Shown here piece by piece: positions 9,838 through 18,011 of a DNA stretch of 64,000 bases (position 1 is the stretch's first letter; each line of letters starts with the position of its first letter). The position numbers and the translations under genes are program-made. This stretch comes from Candidatus Falkowbacteria bacterium (GTDB lineage: Bacteria > Patescibacteriota > Patescibacteriia > UBA11705 > JACRDX01): the NCBI GenBank assembly GCA_043798985.1, contig JAZDOE010000002.1, forward strand, positions 22,500-86,499. The letters are read 5' to 3'. Under the pieces are notes generated by a model that saw only the letters and a program-made list of their open reading frames with translations, did not search any database and had not been told where the DNA came from.

Positions 9838-11118
9838 ATGTCCAAACTCATAATCCAAGGCAATGCAAAATTAAGCGGAACATATTTGCCTCAAGGCAAT
9901 AAAAACGCTGCGCTCCCAATCATTAGCGCAACACTTTTAATTAAAGGCAAGGTTATTTTAAACAATGTCCCGGAGATTGAAGATGTTTTAACGTTAATAG
10001 AAATAATCAAAAAACTTGGCGTTAAAGTAGAAAAGCTTGGCGCTAATCGTTTTTCTTTTGATGCCAGCGAAGTGCCGAACAATATTCCAGATCCAGAACT
10101 TTCCAGAAAAATTCGCGGCATATTATTGCTAATCCCGGGCTTGATTTATCGCGCGGGCAAAACACAACTTTCGTTTTTTGGCGGTGATCCTATTGGCATC
10201 CGCCAAATAGATACGTTCGCGCAGGCAATCAAATCGCTCGGCGCAGACATTGAAAACAAAAACGATTCGCTGGTATTTCACGCTAAAAAAATCATTGGCA
10301 ATCAACTTTATCTGGACGAAGCCAGCGTTGTGGCGACTGAAAGCGCGATTATTTTGGCGAGCGTTGCCAATGGTATCACGGAAATTTTTAACGCGGCATG
10401 CGAACCGCACGTGGCTGACCTTTGCATTTTTTTGAACCAATGCGGCGCGAAAATCACTGGCATTGGCTCAAACCATCTCAAAATCCACGAGACAACAGAA
10501 CTGCGACCAGCCGAATATTCAATTTGCCCTGATCACATTGAAATCGGCAGCATCGCGGTTTTGGCAGCTGTGACTGGCAGTGAAATAACAATAAACAATG
10601 TAAATCCAACAACTTTTTATTGGATAAATCACGGCTTTGCCAAACTGGGCGTGAATTTAACATTTGAAAACAATCAACTGATAATCAAGAAAAAACAACC
10701 ACTAAAAGTCGCTGAAAGTTTGAACCGCCAGATACAAAAATTGGATGATGGTCCATGGCCGGCTTTTCCAACGGATTTGCTAAGTTTAATGATTGTTTTG
10801 GCAACACAAATAAAAGGCGAAGTTTTATTTTTTGAAAAAATGTTTGACAGCCGTTTGTTTTTCACTGACTCTTTGCGGAAAATGGGCGCGAAAATCACGC
10901 TATATGACCCGCACCGCGTCGTGGTCAATGGCCCAACAAAATTGCGCGGACAAAAATTAACATCCTACGATATCCGCGCGGGCATGGCATTGTTGGTTGC
11001 GTCACTGTGCGCCGATGGACAGAGTGAAATAGACAATGCTTATCAAATTTATCGCGGATACGAACGGATTGATGAACGTTTGAACGCGCTTGGGGCAAAT
11101 ATAAAAAAGCTTGATTAA
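9838..11118 (+). CDS. murA: UDP-N-acetylglucosamine 1-carboxyvinyltransferase MurA (Asp at the Cys115 position)
   Basis: GNKNAALP, NAACEPH, PDHIE, WPAFPTDL, DIRAG and RGYE motifs. Confidence 0.95.
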   Translation: MSKLIIQGNAKLSGTYLPQGNKNAALPIISATLLIKGKVILNNVPEIEDVLTLIEIIKKLGVKVEKLGANRFSFDASEVPNNIPDPELSRKIRGILLLIPGLIYRAGKTQLSFFGGDPIGIRQIDTFAQAIKSLGADIENKNDSLVFHAKKIIGNQLYLDEASVVATESAIILASVANGITEIFNAACEPHVADLCIFLNQCGAKITGIGSNHLKIHETTELRPAEYSICPDHIEIGSIAVLAAVTGSEITINNVNPTTFYWINHGFAKLGVNLTFENNQLIIKKKQPLKVAESLNRQIQKLDDGPWPAFPTDLLSLMIVLATQIKGEVLFFEKMFDSRLFFTDSLRKMGAKITLYDPHRVVVNGPTKLRGQKLTSYDIRAGMALLVASLCADGQSEIDNAYQIYRGYERIDERLNALGANIKKLD

Positions 11119-11262
11119 AAAATTCGAAATCCGAAATTCTAAACTCGAAACAAATTCCAAGTCCGACCACGCCTGCCGGCGGGCAGGAATCCGAATGTTT
11201 CAAACATTGAAAAATTCGTGCTTCGTGCTTGTTTAGGATTTCGTGCTTCGTATTTCGTATTT
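11119..11262. repeat. Dispersed AT-rich intergenic element (GAAAT.../...ATTTCG heptamer-type) with nested GC palindrome
   Basis: Shares aaacaaattc..aatgtttcaaa..gaaaatt..gcttgttt..atttcg with 41525-41640 and 51305-51426. Confidence 0.7.
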
Positions 11263-11266
11263 ATAT

Positions 11267-12754
11267 ATGAAAGATTTAAAAGTTCGGCAAGACAGAATAA
11301 AAAAATTGGAAGCGCTTATTGCCAGCGGCGTAATTCCTTACGCGGACCGCTTTGACCGCACTCACTCATTGGCGCAAATCTCGGATTTGCCAGCCAACGA
11401 AAAAGTCCGCGTCGCAGGCCGCTTAATGTTGATTCGCGACATGGGCAAATTAACATTCGCGCATTTGCAGGATTTTTCAGGTCGCAGGCAAATTGTTTTG
11501 CATGATACTGATTTGGGCAAAGAAAATTACAAAAACTTTTTGCAATTGATAAACGTCGGCGACTTCATCGGCGTTGACGGCGAAGTGTTTACCACGAAAA
11601 AAGGCGAGATTTCTATATTGACTACAAGCTACAAGCTACTCAGCAAATCTCTACGGCCATTGCCTGAAAAATGGCATGGTTTAAAAGATCAGGAGCTTTG
11701 CTATCGCCAAAGATATTTGGATTTGACAATGAATTCTGAAACAATGGAACGGTTCAAATTCCGTAGCGAATTTATCCGCGAACTGCGTGAATTTTATCAC
11801 CAAAACGGATTTGTGGAATTGGAAACTCCGATTTTGTGCAATGCCGCGTCAGGCGCTTTGGCAAAACCGTTTACCACGCGCCACAATGCTTTGGACTTGG
11901 ATGTTTATCTGCGAATCGCGCCGGAAATTTATTTGAAAGAAGCAATTGCCGGCGGTTTTGAAAAAGTTTTTGAAATCGGCCGCGTGTTTCGCAATGAAGG
12001 AATTGACCCGTCGCATTTGCAAGAATTCACAATGGTTGAGCATTATTGCGCGTACTGGGATTACAAAGACAACATGGCTTTTACCGAAAAAATGCTGACA
12101 ACCTTGATAAAAAAATTAAAAGGCACGCTAAAATTACCAATAATCAATCGCGACAATAAAGAAATTGAAATTGATTTTAACGCGCCATGGAAAGTTGTGT
12201 CATTCCGCGAACTTTTGAAAAAAGACTGCGGCATTGATATTGATAAATTTTCTGACGCGGAAAGTTTGCGCAAAGAAATCAAAAAGAAAAAGATAAACAT
12301 TAAAGACGCGGAAAAATTAGGACGCGGAAATTTAATTGACAGCCTTTACAAAGAAGTTTCGCGTGCGAGTATTATCAATCCAACATTTTTAATCAATCAT
12401 CCGATAGATCTTTCACCGCTCGCGCGCAAGAATGATGAAAATCCGGAAATCGTTGATCGGTTCCAATTGGTTGTGAATGGTTGGGAAATTATAAACGCGT
12501 ACAGCGAATTGATCGATCCGATTGATCAAGCGCAAAGATTTGAACAACAAATGACAGCGCGACAAGCTGGCGACGAAGAAGCAATGTTAAAAGACGACGA
12601 ATATATTGAGGCAATGGAATATGGAATGCCACCGATTTCCGGCTGGGGCATGGGAATGGAGCGGCTGCTCACGCTTTTGACAAAACAGCCAAATTTGAAA
12701 GATATTGTTCTCTTTCCGCTGATGAAACCGTTAGATGAGCAAAACGTATCCTAA
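11267..12754 (+). CDS. lysS: Lysine--tRNA ligase (class II)
   Basis: LRPLPEKWHGL, YRQRYLDL, GRVFRNEG and YGMPPISGWGMGMERL motifs. Confidence 0.97.
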   Translation: MKDLKVRQDRIKKLEALIASGVIPYADRFDRTHSLAQISDLPANEKVRVAGRLMLIRDMGKLTFAHLQDFSGRRQIVLHDTDLGKENYKNFLQLINVGDFIGVDGEVFTTKKGEISILTTSYKLLSKSLRPLPEKWHGLKDQELCYRQRYLDLTMNSETMERFKFRSEFIRELREFYHQNGFVELETPILCNAASGALAKPFTTRHNALDLDVYLRIAPEIYLKEAIAGGFEKVFEIGRVFRNEGIDPSHLQEFTMVEHYCAYWDYKDNMAFTEKMLTTLIKKLKGTLKLPIINRDNKEIEIDFNAPWKVVSFRELLKKDCGIDIDKFSDAESLRKEIKKKKINIKDAEKLGRGNLIDSLYKEVSRASIINPTFLINHPIDLSPLARKNDENPEIVDRFQLVVNGWEIINAYSELIDPIDQAQRFEQQMTARQAGDEEAMLKDDEYIEAMEYGMPPISGWGMGMERLLTLLTKQPNLKDIVLFPLMKPLDEQNVS

Positions 12755-12873
12755 TTTAGTAAATTTTTACTTTGTTTGACAAAATTTACCTTTTGATATA
12801 TGTTGAAATGTTCGGTTTAAACCATTCCGCATCCGAACAACCGCCCCTTAACAACTAACAAGAGGTAAACAAA

Positions 12874-13815
12874 ATGGACGCTATCTGGAATCTGACGAGA
12901 GCCTGCCCTTGGGATTGCGAGATTTGTTGCGTTTCTGGTCTGCACGTCTGCACCACAACCAAGCACCTTGTCCAGTCTAATGCAAAAGAGAAAGGCGAAG
13001 AACTCACTTTAGCCGAAAAACTAACAGTGTTAAAAATGCTAGCCGACAAAGATTGCGAAATTGATTTTTCCGGTGGCGACCCATTATATTACGACGAGGA
13101 TTTCCGAGTGGTAGAGCAAGCAACTCGTTGGCTGCCATCTAGAAAAATTGGCGTTAGTATGACCGGCAGTAAAATCACTGACGCCAAACTGGAACTTTTG
13201 CAGAGAGTTGGTGTAACAGAATTCACATTAGATAATCTGCCGGAAACAGAAAATCCTTTCCGTCCTCGCGGCTATAATCCCGCGTCAATGGTTGCAATGA
13301 AGAAATGCATTGCCGCGGGAATAAAGACAAGAGCGGTTACCGTTCTCTACCCGGTGACAATGACCGAGAACAACCTTGCAAGCATATATCGCTGGCTATG
13401 CGAGAACGGCATCGCCGAATGGGAACTTCTGAGATTCTATCCGGTAGGCCGTGCAACCAAACTTGCAAAAATAGCCCCATCTAACCAGGAATATCTCAAG
13501 GCAATGCAATTTTTGCGGGGACTGCATGGATTTACAAGAATCTTTTTCCAGCACTCACTCAGAATGCTGGAAGGAACCGTGAAATGTCCTGCTGTGATAG
13601 ACTCAATCGGGATTCTCCCCGACGGGCAAGTAACGGCGTGCGCATGGGCGCTTGATGAATACTGCAAACATTTTAAGGGATTTCGCCTTGGCAAATTGCC
13701 GGAAGAAACGCTAGATCAAATTCTGGAAAGGGCAAGAAAAACCCCATGCTATGCCGACAGAACAAAATACTGCCGAACAATTGCCTATGTACAGAAAGAC
13801 AATGAAGGGCGGTGA
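12874..13815 (+). CDS. Radical SAM protein with C-terminal SPASM/twitch-like cysteines
   Basis: CPWDCEIC motif, FSGGDP, C-terminal CPA...ILPDGQVTAC. Confidence 0.85.
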   Translation: MDAIWNLTRACPWDCEICCVSGLHVCTTTKHLVQSNAKEKGEELTLAEKLTVLKMLADKDCEIDFSGGDPLYYDEDFRVVEQATRWLPSRKIGVSMTGSKITDAKLELLQRVGVTEFTLDNLPETENPFRPRGYNPASMVAMKKCIAAGIKTRAVTVLYPVTMTENNLASIYRWLCENGIAEWELLRFYPVGRATKLAKIAPSNQEYLKAMQFLRGLHGFTRIFFQHSLRMLEGTVKCPAVIDSIGILPDGQVTACAWALDEYCKHFKGFRLGKLPEETLDQILERARKTPCYADRTKYCRTIAYVQKDNEGR

Positions 13816-13821
13816 AATACT

Positions 13822-14622
13822 ATGATAATCAATACGATACAATGCAAAACCGTCTTAACAAAAAGCAAACTACCAGAAGTAGCATATTGTATCAATCCGT
13901 ATGTTGGCTGTTTGCACGCGTGTGCATATTGTTACGCCCGCTTTATGCGCCGATTTACCGGCCACTTGGAGCCGTGGGGTTGTTTTCTTGATGTCAAACT
14001 AAATGCACCGGAAATCTTAGCAAAAGAATTGGCCAAAGAGCCAAAAAGAGGCGCGGTGCTTTTGGGCAGCGTCACGGATGCCTATCAACCAATTGAACAG
14101 AAATATCGTCTTACTAGAGCGATCCTGGAAATCTTGCTTCAGCACGATTTTCCGGTTTCTATTTTGACCAAGTCCGATCTTGTCGTCCGCGATATAGACC
14201 TCTTTAAACAATTCAATGAATGCGAAGTGGGTCTGACTCTGACGACAACGGACGCTGAAATTGCCAAAGACCTTGAGCCCGGGGCTGCTATTCCTCAAAA
14301 AAGAATAGCGGCGCTCGAAACTTTGCACAAAAACGGCATTAGCACGTACGCTTTCATCGGGCCAATTCTGCCAGGCCTTACCGATCTTGACGCCGTCTTT
14401 GGGAGCATTCGGGATAAGGTTAACTTTGTAATGGCAGAAAGCTTGAATACGAAATGTGGAAACTGGCAAAACATCCAAGCTGTTCTATCAAAAAGATACC
14501 CCCACCTCTTGCCGCTCTATCAGGTCGGTCTTGATAAAGCGTACTGGGATAGCATTGAAAATCAGGTAAAAGCCTTAAGCAAAAGATTCAACATTCCGCT
14601 GAAAGGCTTCTACCGGCACTAA
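13822..14622 (+). CDS. Radical SAM protein, spore-photoproduct-lyase-related family
   Basis: INPYVGCLHACAYCYA, GSVTDAYQPIE, ILTKS..V.RD, FIGPILPG. Confidence 0.88.
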   Translation: MIINTIQCKTVLTKSKLPEVAYCINPYVGCLHACAYCYARFMRRFTGHLEPWGCFLDVKLNAPEILAKELAKEPKRGAVLLGSVTDAYQPIEQKYRLTRAILEILLQHDFPVSILTKSDLVVRDIDLFKQFNECEVGLTLTTTDAEIAKDLEPGAAIPQKRIAALETLHKNGISTYAFIGPILPGLTDLDAVFGSIRDKVNFVMAESLNTKCGNWQNIQAVLSKRYPHLLPLYQVGLDKAYWDSIENQVKALSKRFNIPLKGFYRH

Positions 14623-14729
14623 GAGTCGCGAAGTATACTTGCGCCGCTAACATCCAACGGGATAGCGGCTTTTTTCTTTACAATGTTGCCAATATTTTGT
14701 ATCCTTAAAACAAAACTAACTATATTATT

Positions 14730-15194
14730 ATGAACATGAAACAATTATGCAAATTTTTAATTAAAGCCAAGATAAACACATATGCGTCGCAGGGGGAAAA
14801 TGGAAAAATGATTTTGTCTGACGGAAGCAACGAGTTTAAATTTCAAGAAAAAACGTTTAGCTACCGAGACAGACATTTTGGATTCAATCCTTTTATTGGC
14901 GAAGAAATTGTTTGGCAAAGCAAAAAAGCAGCTTGGGGCATGAATTATTATGGGAAAATTATTGCAAAAATTATTCCCGCAAAAAATATTTACTCATTCC
15001 TTCAAGAAGCATTAAAGAAGCCGAATGCGGACAAGCCATTCCGCGGACCTGCTAATTTCAGAAATGGCGACCTTAGATATATTAACAAAATGCAAGGAAC
15101 AGTTAAAAACTTCACCGGGGCAGAAACAATTTTTTATAAAAAACAACAAATATACCAACTAATTTATCATGGCGGCTTGATAATAATAAAATAA
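14730..15194 (+). CDS. DUF5680-type protein
   Basis: FLIKAK..TYA, YRD..FG..PFIGEE, WGMNYYG, PFRGP and YHGG patterns. Confidence 0.7.
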   Translation: MNMKQLCKFLIKAKINTYASQGENGKMILSDGSNEFKFQEKTFSYRDRHFGFNPFIGEEIVWQSKKAAWGMNYYGKIIAKIIPAKNIYSFLQEALKKPNADKPFRGPANFRNGDLRYINKMQGTVKNFTGAETIFYKKQQIYQLIYHGGLIIIK

Positions 15195-15282
15195 AAAAAC
15201 GACGAGAAACATTGTTCTCGCCAACATCCAAAAATCAACGCCCTCCCGCTAATCCTCCGACTTTCCGCGCAACCTGCGCTGC

Positions 15283-15622
15283 TTCACCGCTCGCGCGCAA
15301 GAATGATGAAAATCCGGAAATCGTTGTTCGGTTGCAATTGGTTGTGAATGGTTGGGAAATTATAAACGCGTACAGCGAATTGATCGATCCGATTGATCAA
15401 GCGCAAAGATTTGATCAACAAATGACTGCCCGCAAAGCCGGCGACGAAGAAGCGATGTTAAAAGATGACGAATATGTTGAGGCAATGGAATATGGAATGC
15501 CGCCGATTTCCGGCTGGGGCATGGGAATGGAGCGGCTACTCACGCTTTTGACAAAACAGCCGAATTTGAAAGATGTTGTGCTGTTCCCGCTGATGAAACC
15601 AACAGAACCGACAGATGAATAA
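15283..15622 (+). pseudogene. lysS: Orphan duplicate of the lysS 3' end
   Basis: 15283-15600 matches 12412-12729 (318 bp, ~18 mismatches by manual count). Confidence 0.92.
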
Positions 15623-15633
15623 TATAAAAAAAT

Positions 15634-15672
15634 CACCCCTCACTAAGTTTTAGTGGGGGTTTTGTTTGCTTT
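15634..15672 (+). terminator. Intrinsic terminator after the orphan lysS end
   Basis: acccctcactaa-gtt-ttagtggggt hairpin followed by T tract. Confidence 0.75.
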
Positions 15673-15673
15673 T

Positions 15674-16867
15674 TTAACCCGCGCCTGCGCAACGCAGGCG
15701 CTTTGCTTCCGCAAATACCAGCATCATCCATTCTGGCAGTTTCACGCCAAGCCGCAATCCCATTGGAGCCAATTTTTCCTTGACTTCTTTCAATGACTTG
15801 CGACCAAAGCCCCTTGTTTTCAGCAATTCAGCTTCTTCTTTAACAATCAAATCTCCAATGTACATGAGTCCTGCCTTTTTCAGGCAATTGGATGACCGCA
15901 CAGACAAACCCTCAAACGCAGAACGCGCATCGCGCAACATCAGCGTCAATGAAACCGAAACGCCATCAGGTGCAACGAATTTGTATTCGTCTAATGCTGT
16001 TTCGCCTTGCTTTTCCGCAACGGCTTTCAACCCTGCTTGCGTCTTCCAATCGGCAATCATGTCGCGCACTTCTTCATCGCTTCCGCGCAACAGCTTCTGG
16101 AATGTCTGTAGCGCACACTGCCGCAGCCTCTCCTTTGCCAAATATTCCAAACTGCGTACACGCGACTTGGTCATTTTCATCAACGTTGCTGCTTCGGCTT
16201 TCTTTACTTTGAGTCCTCTCAAGCCAAAGTGCAATTCCAACGCAGTTTTCCAATTTGGCAGTAGATGCTTTCGCAACAATGCGTCAATGAACTTTGCCGC
16301 GTCATCTGGCCACACAGACGACAATGTTAGCCGCGCCTTTTCGTCGCATAACTTTCGCACAATCAATTCCTGAAATTCCTGCTTTGACGCTGGCAAAGGC
16401 ACGCCCTGTTTGAACGTTGCCAAAACATCGTCAAATGAATCAGCTGACGCAGAGCTCTTGCCCAACACTGCAAAACACAGATCACGATATGGCTCGCACT
16501 CTGCTGAACAGAGCGGTTTGCTCAATGCGCGCATTGTTGCCTGCACTCCAGCGTAAAACTGCCGAAGCCCTTCAATGTCCAAGTAGCGGCCAAGAAGCAC
16601 AAACATCGCGGTCCGATGCTTTTTTATAATCAGCTCATGGGCATCGTGCGGCTCCATGTATCGTCGCAATGCCGCGCGATATTTTTCCTTTTGATCAACT
16701 GGTCCAAACAGCAATTGCCGCTTTTTCAGCCAAACAATATCATTTCTGACATTGTATTTGCTTGTTTTCAACAGTTCCGCGATTTCTTTTTCTCCCAAAC
16801 CAAGTAGCTTGAGCTCTTGAACAAAATCCAGCCGCTTTCGCCTTTCCGGTGTCGTTTTCAAAGACAT
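15674..16867 (-). CDS. Putative transcription factor: N-terminal HTH + sigma70 region-4-like domain + RNA polymerase alpha-CTD
   Basis: AAGGAGG RBS before MSLK; LELHFGL...[15 protein letters not shown] (sigma4-like); [18 protein letters not shown]...[20 protein letters not shown] (alpha-CTD). Confidence 0.8.
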   Translation of the reverse strand: MSLKTTPERRKRLDFVQELKLLGLGEKEIAELLKTSKYNVRNDIVWLKKRQLLFGPVDQKEKYRAALRRYMEPHDAHELIIKKHRTAMFVLLGRYLDIEGLRQFYAGVQATMRALSKPLCSAECEPYRDLCFAVLGKSSASADSFDDVLATFKQGVPLPASKQEFQELIVRKLCDEKARLTLSSVWPDDAAKFIDALLRKHLLPNWKTALELHFGLRGLKVKKAEAATLMKMTKSRVRSLEYLAKERLRQCALQTFQKLLRGSDEEVRDMIADWKTQAGLKAVAEKQGETALDEYKFVAPDGVSVSLTLMLRDARSAFEGLSVRSSNCLKKAGLMYIGDLIVKEEAELLKTRGFGRKSLKEVKEKLAPMGLRLGVKLPEWMMLVFAEAKRLRCAGAG

Positions 16868-17019
16868 GGCATCCTCCTTCATCAAATTGCCAAAGATCAA
16901 AACTTTCAACTCCTTATCTTAATCTTTTCAATTTATTTTGTCAATAAACTCTTAAAATTACACGAAATTTGACTTTTTATAAAAATGTAGTATGATGAAA
17001 ATAGAAATGGAGGTGCGCC

Positions 17020-17760
17020 ATGAAAAATGCGGAGTGGATGATTTTTGCCATCGCGTGCGCGATGGTCATTGGTTGCGACTCAACAGACGTTGACGCGACG
17101 GATACGGACACTTCTGATCCGTGCGCTCTGAAAGGTGACAGACCAACCTACTGCGACGAAGACGTCGCCACTGATGACGACAGCGAAGCGCCGCCAATCC
17201 ACTACTGCGGGGACAACGTGTGCCATACATGGGACATTCTGCATGCTGACCCGTATGTGTGGGAAAGCGGAACTGCCGAGGACTGCGGCAATTGCGCGGA
17301 AGACTGTCCGTGCAACACGTGGGGCTGGACGTGCAAGGCGATCGGAGCGTATCCTGACTCGTGGGAAGGCGAAAAATCCGAATGTCTGGACGACCCGTGG
17401 TATGAGTTCAAACTCGCGATCACGGGGACGTACGAGGACGAGTGGGGTGCGCAATTCATCTTCACCTACGATCAATTTGGCTACATCCCGGGCTGTTCTT
17501 GCGCATTCACAGCTGGCGATGGACCAGGCGGAGTATGCTTCACAGAACCAGAAGTGACTCCGTGCAGCCAGCCAACAACGCCGCCTTTTAGCACTTGGTT
17601 CACCTGCGACATTCTTGCCAATAGCATTGGCACACAAATGAGCCAATGGTGCGACAACCTTCCGCAAGACAACCACTGCGCTGACGACTGCGGAACGCTC
17701 GGCGTCAAAGTCAACATCTGCGGTAGCCAGCTTTGGAAGGTTTCGCACAAGGTTGAGTGA
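17020..17760 (+). CDS. Cysteine-rich acidic lipoprotein
   Basis: GGAGG RBS, VIGC lipobox, CGDNVC...CAEDC motif. Confidence 0.7.
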   Translation: MKNAEWMIFAIACAMVIGCDSTDVDATDTDTSDPCALKGDRPTYCDEDVATDDDSEAPPIHYCGDNVCHTWDILHADPYVWESGTAEDCGNCAEDCPCNTWGWTCKAIGAYPDSWEGEKSECLDDPWYEFKLAITGTYEDEWGAQFIFTYDQFGYIPGCSCAFTAGDGPGGVCFTEPEVTPCSQPTTPPFSTWFTCDILANSIGTQMSQWCDNLPQDNHCADDCGTLGVKVNICGSQLWKVSHKVE

Positions 17761-17825
17761 GATCGCTGTCGCAACCCCTGTTTGCGACAAACCCCCGAAC
17801 AAACTGTTCGGGGGAATTTTTTATC

Positions 17826-17936
17826 TGTCATTCCGACCCCTTGTAAAGGGGGAGCCTGCCTGCCGGCAGGCAGGGAATCCCTTGCAGAGATTTTGCGAAG
17901 GGATTTCTCACCCGCCAAGGCAGGTTCGAAATGACA
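17826..17936. repeat. Miniature inverted-repeat element (TGTCATT...AATGACA) with nested 20-bp palindrome
   Basis: Termini tgtcattccgac/gttcgaaatgaca; cctgcctgccggcaggcagg at 17855-17874; half copy at 32278-32319. Confidence 0.75.
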
Positions 17937-18011
17937 ACAAAAGACGCCCTAACTTTATGTCAAAGCGCCTTCTTGTCCACTCCCTAGTTACCAGTTACCA
18001 GCCCCTGCTTT

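Noticed and set aside
15212-15622. 136-aa ORF as a real protein
   Set aside because: Chance N-terminal extension fused to the orphan lysS 3' duplicate.
17080-17802. Long antisense ORFs (also 46428-47231, 6952-7602, 3784-4392)
   Set aside because: Shadows of well-supported genes on the opposite strand.
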